From positions 480,001 through 544,000 of the forward strand of contig OZ243913.1 in assembly GCA_965213705.1 (NCBI GenBank): a DNA stretch of 64,000 nt. The letters are read 5' to 3'. Below, piece by piece: positions 29,667-39,204 of the stretch. Under the pieces are notes generated by a model, which saw only the letters and a list, made by a program, of their open reading frames with translations, was not told the DNA's origin and did not search any database. This DNA comes from Trueperaceae bacterium. Its GTDB lineage: Bacteria; Deinococcota; Deinococci; Deinococcales; Trueperaceae. Positions within the stretch are counted from its first letter, which is position 1; each line of letters opens with the position of its first letter. The position numbers were made by a program, and so were the translations under genes.

Positions 29667-29695
29667 ACTATAGCCGTGCGTTTTGGGCTTGTCAA
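29667..29695 (-). promoter_or_regulatory. sigma70-type promoter of the inositol operon
   Basis: TTGACA-17 nt-TATAGT on the minus strand; flanked by inverted AGATTGA/TCAATCT. Confidence 0.8.
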
Positions 29696-29954
29696 TCTCG
29701 AGAGTTCAAACGAAAAACGGGACCAAGGGAACGCCTTGCAAAGCTCAAATAGCCACACGGCTGACGCGGTGTCGAAGAGAAGTAAGCCTCTTGAAAAGTT
29801 GGGTGAGAGCGGGCGTGGTTAGGTTCCTTGTCAGTCTCGCCACTGCGGCACTTCGTCTCGGGCAGAAGTTGGTCCGGCGCAAGTCAAGCCGAGGGCGCAG
29901 ACCTTGCTGAACGGTATTGTGAGGGCGTTGACTGTCGCCGCGTTGCCCGCAACC

Positions 29955-29983
29955 TTGCAATGTGCGGCTCTATTCGCTATACT
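29955..29983 (+). promoter_or_regulatory. sigma70-type promoter of rplU-rpmA
   Basis: TTGCAA-17 nt-TATACT. Confidence 0.75.
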
Positions 29984-30103
29984 CACGAGCTGGTCGCGGG
30001 AACTTAGTTGATAGAGCCCGACCGTTTATTTTGGTTTGTTTTAACTGCAGGGCTGTCCCAGCCTGCCCCAACTATTCGCTGGTCAATACTCGGAGGTAAG
30101 TTG

Positions 30104-30409
30104 ATGTTTGCAATCGTTCAAAGTGGCGGTAAGCAGTACCGTGTGGCAGAGGGTGACGTCGTGCGGTTGGAGGGTTTGGCCGCCCAACCCGGCGAGCGCG
30201 TGCAGTTGCCGGTCATGATGGTGGGCGGCGACAGCGTCCGGGTGGGCACGCCGCTCGTCGACGGCGCTTCGGTGCAGGCCGAGGTTTTGGCCCACGGCCG
30301 CGGCGAAAAAATCTACATTTACAAGTTCAAGGCCAAGTCGAACTATCGTCGCAAAAACGGTCACCGTCAGCCGTACACAGAGGTTCGCATCATGGAAATC
30401 AGCGCCTAA
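30104..30409 (+). CDS. rplU: 50S ribosomal protein L21
   Basis: [29 protein letters not shown]. Confidence 0.98.
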   Translation: MFAIVQSGGKQYRVAEGDVVRLEGLAAQPGERVQLPVMMVGGDSVRVGTPLVDGASVQAEVLAHGRGEKIYIYKFKAKSNYRRKNGHRQPYTEVRIMEISA

Positions 30410-30421
30410 AGGAGAGTTGCA

Positions 30422-30706
30422 ATGGCCCACAAAAAAGGTGTAGGCAGTTCGAAGAACGGTCGTGACAGCGAGTCCAAGCGCTTGGGCGTCAAGCGCTTCG
30501 GCGGTGAGACCGTTTTGGCAGGCAATATTCTGGTGCGTCAGCGCGGCACCAAGTTCAAACCCGGGTTGAACGTCGGTCAGGGCAAGGATTTCACCCTGTT
30601 CGCGCTGCGCGACGGCGTGGTGAACTTTCACGACAAAGGCCGCAAGGGCCGCTTTATCAGCGTCGCCGAGGCCGAAACCGGGTCCGAAGCCGTCGCGGCT
30701 GATTGA
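30422..30706 (+). CDS. rpmA: 50S ribosomal protein L27
   Basis: [22 protein letters not shown]. Confidence 0.98.
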   Translation: MAHKKGVGSSKNGRDSESKRLGVKRFGGETVLAGNILVRQRGTKFKPGLNVGQGKDFTLFALRDGVVNFHDKGRKGRFISVAEAETGSEAVAAD

Positions 30707-30720
30707 GGTTTGCTCAGCGT

Positions 30721-30757
30721 AAAGCGCGGGTCGTTGTCAGGCTCGCGCTTTTTCTTT
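30721..30757 (+). terminator. intrinsic terminator after rpmA
   Basis: AGCGCGGGTC..GGCTCGCGCT stem followed by a T tract. Confidence 0.75.
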
Positions 30758-30916
30758 GCTAAGGAAAGTGCCGAATACCGAGTAAAAAGTTGAAAGTATA
30801 GTCAACAGCTTTTTCTCCCTATCTCCTACGCTCACTTGCTTTTAACTCCCTTTCTTCCCCACCTCTTTCCTCTCTTCTCACCGGGCAGCACCTGAGCCCC
30901 CAGAAAGTTTGTAGCT

Positions 30917-32440
30917 ATGGCGTTTCGCGACATTTTGGACATCACGGTGCAGGGCGGCAAGGGCGGGGACGGCGGCATGTCGTTTTTACGGCTGAAGTAC
31001 GTGCCCAAGGGCGGACCCGACGGCGGGCACGGCGGGGACGGCGGCAACGTGTTTTTAGAAGCCGTCGACGACGTGACTTCGCTCGACCGGTTGGTCGGGC
31101 GGCAACTTCACAGGGCGGGTACGGGCGCGCAAGGCGAAGGGCGTCAAAGAGACGGCGCGCGCGGTGAAGACATGACCCTTACGGTGCCTATCGGCACGAC
31201 GGCTTATGACCGCGACACGGGCGAGGTCTTGGCCGACCTCGTCACCGTCGGGCAAACGGCCCTGGTTGCGGCGGGCGGCTCGGGCGGGCGCGGCAACGCG
31301 GCCTTTGCGAGTTCGACGCGGCGCGCGCCGCGGTTTGCCGAGTACGGCACCAAGGGGGAGCGGCGGCGGGTACGCCTCGAGCTGCGCTCGATTGCCGACA
31401 TCGGCCTGGTGGGCTACCCGAACGCGGGCAAGTCCAGCCTGCTCGCCGCGCTGTCCAACGCCAAGCCCGAGGTCGCTGCTTACCCGTTCACCACGCTCAG
31501 CCCGAACTTGGGCGTGGTCGAGCAGGACATGCAGCGCTTTACGATGGCCGACATTCCCGGCATCATCGAAGACGCGCACAAAGGCAAGGGTTTGGGGCTG
31601 GAGTTTTTGCGCCACATCTCGAGAACGCGGCTGCTCGTTTACGTCCTGGACATCGCCGACGACCCCGCGGCGACGCTCTCAGCCCTACAGCACGAACTGC
31701 GCGAGTACGACCCGAAACTGCTCGAGCTGCCCGCCCTAATTGTGCTCAACAAAATCGACCTGGCGGGCGCAGAGGAGGTTGACGCGGCCGTCGCCGAACT
31801 CACCGAGTTCGGTCTGGCGGTGGTGCCGGTTTCGGCTTCGGAAGGGCTCAACTTAGACGACCTCAAAACCACCTTGTTCGCGCTCCTTCCGGCCAAACCC
31901 GTGCTCGCGCCCGCGGCGCAGACCGCCCGGCGTGTCAAGGTGGAGCCTGTCACCGTCAAACGCGCCATGAGCGGCCAGGGTTGGGTCGTGTCGGGTCCGG
32001 AGTTGGAGGCTATCACCTCGCGCTTCGACCCGAAAAACAAGGAAGCGGTCGCCTACTTGCAACATTTTTTCGCTTCGTTCGGCATCGCCAAACTGCTCAA
32101 AAAGGCGGGCGCACAAGACGGCGACGACATCCTGATAGGCGGCGCGCTGTTCGAATACTTCGACGAGGACAAAGCCAAGGCCGCCAAAGCGGCTGAACTG
32201 GAAAACGTCGCCGCAGCCGAGGAAAGTTGGCAAGACGACGCCCGGACCGAAGACGAGTCGGTGGCTGCCGACGCGAACGACACCGACCTGGACGATACCG
32301 ACCTGGACGATACCGACCTGGATGATACTGACCTGGACGACTCCGACGCTTCCGACGACCTTGGACGTTCCGACGCAAACGAGTCTCGCCGGAACGAGTT
32401 CGTCGACAACGACCACGCCGCACGCACCGAAGAAGCTTAG
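30917..32440 (+). CDS. obgE: GTPase Obg with acidic C-terminal extension
   Basis: [34 protein letters not shown]. Confidence 0.97.
   Translation: MAFRDILDITVQGGKGGDGGMSFLRLKYVPKGGPDGGHGGDGGNVFLEAVDDVTSLDRLVGRQLHRAGTGAQGEGRQRDGARGEDMTLTVPIGTTAYDRDTGEVLADLVTVGQTALVAAGGSGGRGNAAFASSTRRAPRFAEYGTKGERRRVRLELRSIADIGLVGYPNAGKSSLLAALSNAKPEVAAYPFTTLSPNLGVVEQDMQRFTMADIPGIIEDAHKGKGLGLEFLRHISRTRLLVYVLDIADDPAATLSALQHELREYDPKLLELPALIVLNKIDLAGAEEVDAAVAELTEFGLAVVPVSASEGLNLDDLKTTLFALLPAKPVLAPAAQTARRVKVEPVTVKRAMSGQGWVVSGPELEAITSRFDPKNKEAVAYLQHFFASFGIAKLLKKAGAQDGDDILIGGALFEYFDEDKAKAAKAAELENVAAAEESWQDDARTEDESVAADANDTDLDDTDLDDTDLDDTDLDDSDASDDLGRSDANESRRNEFVDNDHAARTEEA
32276..32350 (+). repeat. 15-bp tandem repeat x5 (imperfect) encoding DDTDL-like units in obgE
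   Basis: GACGATACCGACCTG units read directly. Confidence 0.9.
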
Positions 32441-32661
32441 TTCGTGCGGCGAGTACAACGCGTTTGGTGCGGCTCACCCTCGTCCTGGACGTGGAGACGC
32501 CCGGTTGAAAGCCGCTCGACGCTCGTGTAAAAAAGTGCAAAAAGTACGCGCCAGACGTATTTTGCGCTATACTGAGCGCAGCTCGAGGCCCGGCCTGAGG
32601 TTGGGGTGGCGGTAGCCGCTCCAGGCAAGGTTTCTTGACTTCGCTACGTTTGGGAGTACCG

Positions 32662-33255
32662 TTGTTCGACCCTATCTTTACAGCCGACAACCCCTGCACG
32701 CGCGCAAGCGTGAACGCCTACTGTAGCCGCGTCAAGGCCCTGGTGACGCCGCGCCGCTTCGAGCACATCCTGCGGGTTGCTACTTTGGCCGACACGATAG
32801 CGCGCGCCAACGACTTTACCCGGGGTGAAATCCGCGTGACGAACTTAGCCGCCGTACTGCACGACGCCGCCCGCGACTTGCCGGCCGAAGAGCTGTTCGA
32901 ACTCGCGCCGCCCGAAACCGACCTGGAGCGCGAACACCCGCTCGCGGTTCACGGCCGGGCCGGTCGCAAGCTCGCCGAGTGCTGGGGCGTGACCGACGAG
33001 CGCGTGTTGGAAGCCGTCGAGGGCCACGTCTTCGGCGTGCCGCACGACAACCGCGTCGGCATGGCTGTTTACGTCGCCGACGTGTCCGAGCCGGGCCGCG
33101 GGGTTAACGACGACATCCGCGAACTCGCCATGACAAACCTGTTCCGCGCGTATCAGCGGGCGGTGCAGTCGAAAGTGCAGTACCTGCGCGCCAAGGGCAA
33201 AGCGGTTCACCCCGCGACGCTGCGCGTCTACCAGGAGTTGCGTGAGCTTACGTAA
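32662..33255 (+). CDS. yqeK: HD-domain Ap4A hydrolase YqeK-like
   Basis: RFEHILRV, LHD, HG, YVADVSEPGR; position before LCP-rsfS; TTG start after GGGAG. Confidence 0.85.
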   Translation: MFDPIFTADNPCTRASVNAYCSRVKALVTPRRFEHILRVATLADTIARANDFTRGEIRVTNLAAVLHDAARDLPAEELFELAPPETDLEREHPLAVHGRAGRKLAECWGVTDERVLEAVEGHVFGVPHDNRVGMAVYVADVSEPGRGVNDDIRELAMTNLFRAYQRAVQSKVQYLRAKGKAVHPATLRVYQELRELT

Positions 33256-34582
33256 CGCTCGAGGCTTGCAAGTCCTGGGCATTCTGTTGGCGCTGGCCGG
33301 GCTTGCGGGCTACTGGCTGAACCGTGACGTTCCGGGCAAAGCCGACCTCAACCCGGAACAGTTGGAAGTGTTGGGCATCGCGCCCGAAGAAAAAAACGAG
33401 GTTTTTCACGCGAGTTTCGTCGTGGCCGGGCGTGACTATGACGCCACGATACCCGCCAGCGATTGCCGAAAAGTCAACGGACAGTGCGTACGTGACCGGA
33501 TAGGCGAGTTCCGCATCAGCAAACGCACCGACACCATCATCTACGTCAACATCATCGGCGACAAGATAACTATGATCAACATCCCGCGCGATATTTACTT
33601 GCCACACCAGCAAACGAAAATCAACGCGATGTACCTTTACCAAGGCGCGGCGGGGCTTGTCAAAGAGGTCGAAGAAATCCTCAACCTGCCCGTGGACTAC
33701 TACGCCATCATCAACATCGACATTTTCAAAGAGATGGTCGACGCGCTGGGCGGTGTCACGGTGACGATTCCCGAGCCGGGCATGTACTATACCGACGCCG
33801 CGGCGGGTTTGAACATCGACTTCAATCCGGGTCCCCGACGTTTGGACGGCGAGGACGCCGCCAAGTTCGTTCGGTTTCGCCACACCTCACGCGGCGACAT
33901 CGACCGTATCGACAACGTCAAAAAGCTCGCCTACGCCTTGCTGGCGCAGGTCAAGGCGCTCAACGTGCGCGCGGCGTTCAAGATGCCCGAGCTGTTCGAC
34001 GCCTTGTTCGGCAACGTCGAGACGAACGCCAGCCCCGCGCTTGTAAGAGAGCTGTTGCCGCGCTTGTCACATTTGCAGCTCACCGCCGCAACTCTACCGA
34101 CCTGCTGCGACCGGCGCGACCCGGTGTTCGGGGACATCTTGGAGATAGAACCGTCCGACGTCGAGGCGTTTTTGGCCGATGCTTTCGGGGGCAAGGCGCG
34201 GGTGTTCACGGCCGCCCCCGAGGCGACGTTGTTGGTAACCAACAGCAGCGGTAAAGCGGGTTTGGAAGACCTCTACAAAGCGCGACTTGTCTCTTTGGGC
34301 GTGCCCGAAGAACGCGTCATGACGCGCGTGAGCGCGCTTGACCCCACGCCGACACGGGTGCTGACGACCGCCCAGAATTGGCAAGACGCTGACTTTTACA
34401 CGAGTTTGTTGCAGACCTCGAAACAACAAGTCGACCGCTTTGCTAAACTGGAAGACCGTGAGATAGGTGTAGAACTCGTACTCGGTGAAGACGCCGCCCG
34501 GTCGGCGCTGTCAAGAGCGGGCTTGACCGAAACGCTCGACCCGCTCAGCGTGGCGGCGACCGATACAGAAAGAGGTGACTGA
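33242..34582 (+). CDS. LCP (LytR-CpsA-Psr) family protein
   Basis: N-terminal TM; RTDTI, IPRD, KINA, VDALGGV, RFRH..GDIDR. Confidence 0.92.
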   Translation: MSLRNARGLQVLGILLALAGLAGYWLNRDVPGKADLNPEQLEVLGIAPEEKNEVFHASFVVAGRDYDATIPASDCRKVNGQCVRDRIGEFRISKRTDTIIYVNIIGDKITMINIPRDIYLPHQQTKINAMYLYQGAAGLVKEVEEILNLPVDYYAIINIDIFKEMVDALGGVTVTIPEPGMYYTDAAAGLNIDFNPGPRRLDGEDAAKFVRFRHTSRGDIDRIDNVKKLAYALLAQVKALNVRAAFKMPELFDALFGNVETNASPALVRELLPRLSHLQLTAATLPTCCDRRDPVFGDILEIEPSDVEAFLADAFGGKARVFTAAPEATLLVTNSSGKAGLEDLYKARLVSLGVPEERVMTRVSALDPTPTRVLTTAQNWQDADFYTSLLQTSKQQVDRFAKLEDREIGVELVLGEDAARSALSRAGLTETLDPLSVAATDTERGD

Positions 34583-34937
34583 TATAGATACGCTCACTGT
34601 TCCCCAAGAACTCCAACTCATCGTCGACGCGCTCGACGACAAACGAGCCAAAGACATTACCGTGCTCGACCTGAGCGGCGTGTCCGAGACGCTCTCTTAC
34701 TTTGTCGTCGCCACCGCCGAGTCCACGCTGCAAATCAAAGCTTTGGAAGACGGTGTCAAAGAGCGGCTCAAGGCGAACGGTTTCACGCCCAAGGGGATAG
34801 AGGGGCCTTCGAACCGCTGGATTTTGATGGACTACGGCTATATCGTCGCTCATCTTATGAGCGCGGACGCGAGGGAGTTTTATGACCTCGAGGGACTGTG
34901 GGCCGACGCCGCACGGCTTGACGTAAGCCCCAACTAG
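34575..34937 (+). CDS. rsfS: ribosome silencing factor
   Basis: DDKRAKDI, WILMDYG, REFYDLEGLW. Confidence 0.95.
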   Translation: MTDIDTLTVPQELQLIVDALDDKRAKDITVLDLSGVSETLSYFVVATAESTLQIKALEDGVKERLKANGFTPKGIEGPSNRWILMDYGYIVAHLMSADAREFYDLEGLWADAARLDVSPN

Positions 34938-34963
34938 CCGTTTGCGGGCAGGTCTTTTTTGCC

Positions 34964-35305
34964 GTGCCGCGCCACTGGGCCGAAGCTACCGCCAAAACCT
35001 ACCTGCTGGGTCGCGGCTACACCTTTTTGGCGGAAAACTACACCGTGCGCGGTGGCGAACTGGACTTAGTGATGAGACAAGGCGGGGTTGTCGTTTTTGT
35101 CGAGGTGCGCCAGCGCAAAAGCGACCGTTACGGCAGCGCCGCCGAATCAATCACCGCCGGTAAGCTGCAACGGCTCAGAAAAACGGCGCTGCACTACTTG
35201 GTCAGCACCTTTGAGCGAGACGACCTACCGGTCCGCTTCGACGCGGTGCTCGTCACGGGCACCGAAAAGAACTACCGGCTCGAGCACCTGCAAAATATCG
35301 CTTGA
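34964..35305 (+). CDS. yraN: YraN family protein
   Basis: GELDLV, VFVEVR, RFDAV. Confidence 0.9.
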   Translation: MPRHWAEATAKTYLLGRGYTFLAENYTVRGGELDLVMRQGGVVVFVEVRQRKSDRYGSAAESITAGKLQRLRKTALHYLVSTFERDDLPVRFDAVLVTGTEKNYRLEHLQNIA

Positions 35306-35322
35306 CCCTTGAAGGAGGAGAC

Positions 35323-35967
35323 GTGCGCGTCAAAATCTGTGGGATTACCAGGGTAGAGGACGCGCTCCACGCCGAGGCGGCCGGGGCCGACGCGGTCGGC
35401 TTTATCTTTGCGCCTGAGTCCAAACGCTTCGTGACGCCCGCGCAGGCCGCGGAGTTGAGCGCCGCGCTGGGGCCTTTTATAGGGCGCGTCGGCGTGTTTG
35501 TGAACAGTCCTGCGGAAGAGGTGCTGGAGGTCGCTCAAACTTTACGTCTCCACGCGGTGCAACTTCACGGCGCGGAAGACGCCGCTTACGCGGCGAGGGT
35601 GCGCCGCGACGTCTTCGTCATCAAGGCTTGGTCGTTTCGCGCCGACCTGTCGCTCGAGGCTTTAAAAGCTTTTCCGGCGGACGCAATTTTTCTCGACGGC
35701 CCGAAGCCGGGCAGCGGTGAACGCTTCGACTGGGCGCAGGCGGCTTTTCTAAAAAACCTGCCGCGACTTATCCTGGCGGGAGGTCTGAACCCGGACAACC
35801 TGAGCGCCGGTATCGCCGCCCTCGAGCCCTACGCCGTCGACGTGTCGTCGGGGGTGGAACTGCGGCCTGGCGTCAAAGACCCGGGCAAGATACAAGATTT
35901 TGTACGACGAGCCAAAGACACAAAGTTATCCACAGTTATCCACAGTTATCCACAAGCCTGTGGATAA
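35323..35967 (+). CDS. trpF: phosphoribosylanthranilate isomerase
   Basis: VKICGIT, VQLHG, LAGGL, VDVSSGVE..PGVKD; AGGAGG RBS before GTG. Confidence 0.95.
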   Translation: MRVKICGITRVEDALHAEAAGADAVGFIFAPESKRFVTPAQAAELSAALGPFIGRVGVFVNSPAEEVLEVAQTLRLHAVQLHGAEDAAYAARVRRDVFVIKAWSFRADLSLEALKAFPADAIFLDGPKPGSGERFDWAQAAFLKNLPRLILAGGLNPDNLSAGIAALEPYAVDVSSGVELRPGVKDPGKIQDFVRRAKDTKLSTVIHSYPQACG

Positions 35968-36128
35968 CTCCAGAAGTGCCGTGCCTGTGCCTTTTCAAGG
36001 ACTTCCAGCTCAAGATTTGCGTCTGGGAGGGCGTTTCTGGAAAAACCGCCGCGCGCAAGCGCTTAACAGAAATGTCACAGGCTTGTCAAGGGGCAAGACT
36101 TATCCACAGGCTCGTACTCTTATCCACA
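35926..36128. promoter_or_regulatory. cluster of six perfect DnaA boxes
   Basis: TTATCCACA at 35926, 35936, 35946, 36100, 36120 and TGTGGATAA at 35959. Confidence 0.9.
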
Positions 36129-36312
36129 AGCGGACTTCGACTGTAAAAAATGTCGTAAACTAGGGCAAAACCGAGGTTCGAACGGCTGAAAAACGGGCTT
36201 TGTAGGATGGGTCTCGCCAAAAACTTTAGGAGGAGTAGGCTGTGAATTTTTTGTTCGAAACCCGGGCGTGTGCAAGACCTGAAGCGGTCGTTGCCAAAGC
36301 AGTGCCGACACC

Positions 36313-37995
36313 GTGAAAAAAGCTCTCAACGACCTGAAAAGCGACCTGAGCTTAGAAGACAGACGAGTCCGGCCTTTTCACGACAACAAAAAAGCTTGGG
36401 CTGTCAGCGCTCGAGCGCTCGAGGGTGACCGGGCGCAAGTAGCCGCAGGCGGCGGTGAAAAAGCCGTCAAACGTCAGCACGGCAAAAACCGCCTCACGGC
36501 CAGGGAACGCATTCACAAACTCGTCGACGCAGGCTCGGACTTTTTCGAACTCATGACCTTTGCAGGCTGGGACATGTACCCGTCCGAGGGCGGAGCGCCG
36601 GCGGGCGGCGTGGTTACCGGCTTGGGCAGGTTGCACGGGCGAGACTGGTTGATAGTCGCCAACGACGCAACCGTCAAGGCGGGTGCCTTTTTCCCTGTCA
36701 CCGCCAAAAAGGTCATTCGGGCGCAGACCATCGCTTTGGAAAACCGCCTACCGGTCGTCTACCTCGTCGACTCCGCCGGTGTTTACTTGCCCATGCAGGA
36801 CGAAATCTTCCCCGACCAAGACGATTTTGGACGAGTTTTTTACCTCAACGCGCGCCTGAGCGCCGCGGGTATTCCGCAGATGGCGGCGATTATGGGCAAC
36901 TGCGTCGCGGGCGGCGCGTACCTGCCGGTCATGTGCGACACGGTCGTGATGACCGAGGGCTCGGGGCTGTACTTGGCGGGGCCGGCGCTGGTCAAAGCGG
37001 CGATAGGGCAAGAGGTCAGCAGCGAGGACTTGGGCGGCGCGGCCATGCACGCCGAAGTCGCCGGGACGGTGGACTATTTCGAGCCCGACGACGAGCACGC
37101 CTTGGAACGCTTGCGCAACTTGGCCGCGACCTACGCGCCCGGTGACGTCGCGCCTTGGGCGAAAAACCGCTCGGAGCCGCGCCCACCTGCCGAGAGTGAG
37201 CAAGACCTGCTCGGCGTCGTTCCGGCCGAGGGCGGCACGCAACCCTACGACGTGCGCGAAGTTATCGCGCGGCTCGTCGACGCCTCGAAGTTCGACGAGT
37301 ATAAGGTCAAGTACGGGCAAACCCTGGTCTGCGGTACGGCGCGTCTGGGCGGGTACGCCGTCGGCATCGTCGCCAACCAAAAAAAGGTCGTCAAAAGTAG
37401 GGGGCGGCTCGAGGTGGGCGGCGTCATTTACGCCGACGCCGCCGACAAGGCGGCCCGTTTTATCCTCAACTGCAACCAAGCGGGCATCCCGATTCTGTTT
37501 TTGCACGACGTGACCGGCTTTATGGTCGGCAAAGAAAGCGAACGTGAAGGCATCATCCGCAAGGGCGCAAAGATGGTCAACGCGGTGTCGAACAGCGTCG
37601 TGCCGCGCATCAGCCTGATTATGGGCGGCAGCTACGGTGCGGGCCACTACGCCATGAGCGGCAAGGCCTACGCGCCGCGCTTTATTTTTGCCTGGCCGAG
37701 CGCGAAGTACAGCGTGATGGGCGGTCAGCAAGCGGCCAAGACGATTCTCGACATCCAGCTCGCCCAACTCAAGCGCCAGGGTGCCGAACCCGACGACGAA
37801 GCGTTGCAAGAGCTGTACGAAACGGTCAAGGCCGACTACGACAAAGCCCTCGACATTCGTTACGGTGCGGCGCGGTTGTGGGTGGACGAGCTCGTTTTGC
37901 CCCAAGAGACGCGCGCCCGGCTTATACGCGCGCTCGAGGCCTGCGCGCAAAACCCGCACACGGAACCGCTCAGGGTCGGCGTTTTTCAGGTTTAA
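36313..37995 (+). CDS. acyl-CoA carboxylase carboxyltransferase (beta) subunit, methylcrotonyl-CoA carboxylase-like
   Basis: LTARERI, ANDATVKAG, VDSAG, AGGAY, DVTGFMVG, GSYGAG, VMGG. Confidence 0.92.
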   Translation: MKKALNDLKSDLSLEDRRVRPFHDNKKAWAVSARALEGDRAQVAAGGGEKAVKRQHGKNRLTARERIHKLVDAGSDFFELMTFAGWDMYPSEGGAPAGGVVTGLGRLHGRDWLIVANDATVKAGAFFPVTAKKVIRAQTIALENRLPVVYLVDSAGVYLPMQDEIFPDQDDFGRVFYLNARLSAAGIPQMAAIMGNCVAGGAYLPVMCDTVVMTEGSGLYLAGPALVKAAIGQEVSSEDLGGAAMHAEVAGTVDYFEPDDEHALERLRNLAATYAPGDVAPWAKNRSEPRPPAESEQDLLGVVPAEGGTQPYDVREVIARLVDASKFDEYKVKYGQTLVCGTARLGGYAVGIVANQKKVVKSRGRLEVGGVIYADAADKAARFILNCNQAGIPILFLHDVTGFMVGKESEREGIIRKGAKMVNAVSNSVVPRISLIMGGSYGAGHYAMSGKAYAPRFIFAWPSAKYSVMGGQQAAKTILDIQLAQLKRQGAEPDDEALQELYETVKADYDKALDIRYGAARLWVDELVLPQETRARLIRALEACAQNPHTEPLRVGVFQV

Positions 37996-38398
37996 ACGGC
38001 GGTTGTCGGGGGCGGCCCACTTTCTTGCGAAGGTTCCCCGCGCGACGGACAACCGGTACAGACCGCCGCACACTGTGTGTCGAGAGCGAACTTGGTGACT
38101 CTCAACCCGTGAGACCATCTCTTGCTCGAGCCTTCAACATTGACCGTGTCAGAACCAAAAGTGCTACTCCGCACAAAGTCCGGTAATCCAGTACCCTTCT
38201 GGATAGACAAAAGATACCTGTTTAGAATTCACGCTTTTGTTTATAGTCGGTGGGTAGGAACGCTTGACCTGACAACTTGTGTGCATAGGTTTGCACAGTT
38301 AGATTTGTACAGTGCAGCTGTTCAGACCAAGCGGAGGCGTAACTGTTTGAACAAGCGTTGGCCTACTTTTATGTGTGGACAAGCGAAAGGAGCGGGGT

Positions 38399-38596
38399 AT
38401 GAACTGGGACACCGTCAAGGGTGATTGGAAACAGCTTTCCGGCAAAGTCAGGGAGCGGTGGGGCGAACTCACCGACGACGAAATCGAACAAGCCAGAGGC
38501 GACCGGGACCAGCTTGCAGGTAAAATACAAGAACGCTACGGGGTCACCAAAGAAGAGGCCCAAAAACAAGTTGACGAGTGGGCCAGCAAACACTGA
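38399..38596 (+). CDS. CsbD/YjbJ family stress protein
   Basis: MNWDTVKGDWKQLSGKVRERWGELTDD..GKIQERYG. Confidence 0.93.
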   Translation: MNWDTVKGDWKQLSGKVRERWGELTDDEIEQARGDRDQLAGKIQERYGVTKEEAQKQVDEWASKH

Positions 38597-38676
38597 CCGG
38601 CGCGTTCGCACTGAACGTTCGCGCCAAACTACGTCGGCTTTTTGGCTCGGCACCTCTCACTTGAAAGGAAGTAGTC

Positions 38677-38922
38677 ATGAATATCATTTTGTGGATAGTT
38701 TTGGGCGCGCTGGCGGGTTGGATCGCCAGTCTCATCATGAAAACCGAACAGGGCCTGCTCGTCGACATCATCGTCGGCATCGTCGGCGCTTTTTTGGGCG
38801 GTTTTTTGTTCAACACTTTCGGGGCGGGGGGCGTGAGCGGCTTCAACCTCTACAGCATCCTGGTCGCCATCGTTGGCGCAGTCGTGCTACTCGCCATCGT
38901 CAAGGCGGTACGGCGGGCTTAG
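38677..38922 (+). CDS. GlsB/YeaQ/YmgE family (transglycosylase-associated) membrane protein
   Basis: LGALAGWIA, IIVGIVGAFLGG, AIVGAVVLL. Confidence 0.92.
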   Translation: MNIILWIVLGALAGWIASLIMKTEQGLLVDIIVGIVGAFLGGFLFNTFGAGGVSGFNLYSILVAIVGAVVLLAIVKAVRRA

Positions 38923-38947
38923 CGGGACAACCGCATTCTGATTTGAG

Positions 38948-38986
38948 AAGTTAGCCGCCCCGTTGCGAGGCGGCTGACTTCCTTTT
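38948..38986 (+). terminator. intrinsic terminator
   Basis: AAGTTAGCCGCC..GGCGGCTGACTT stem followed by CCTTTT. Confidence 0.65.
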
Positions 38987-39204
38987 GTACCCTTTCCGTT
39001 TCATTCCCTCATTAAATGCGAGCAGAGCGAAAAAAATACGGACTAGCGATAAGGAAGCGAACAACTCTTTCAAGGGGAGCTGTAGTATAGGAGCGTATTA
39101 GCTCGAGCTAAAGATTCTTTGCTGCACTCAAAACGACAATCGCTTCTTAAACTTGCTACTTCCGAAGAGGATAAACAGAACCCCGTTTGTCTCGGTGAGA
39201 CCGT

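Noticed and set aside
30810..30880. Pyrimidine-rich tract before obgE
   Set aside because: Low-complexity sequence with no partner arm; no function can be supported.
35926..36312. Definitive oriC call
   Set aside because: No dnaA/dnaN linkage, no clear AT-rich unwinding element, and skew cannot be computed here; reported only as a DnaA-box cluster.
38122..38424. 100-aa ORF and degenerate DnaA-like words (TGTGGACAA at 38374) upstream of the CsbD gene
   Set aside because: TTG start without RBS, overlap with the CsbD gene and no motif; a single mismatched box is expected by chance.
38990..39204. Possible ncRNA or gene remnant in an AT-richer gap
   Set aside because: No convincing ORF, RBS or recognisable structure.
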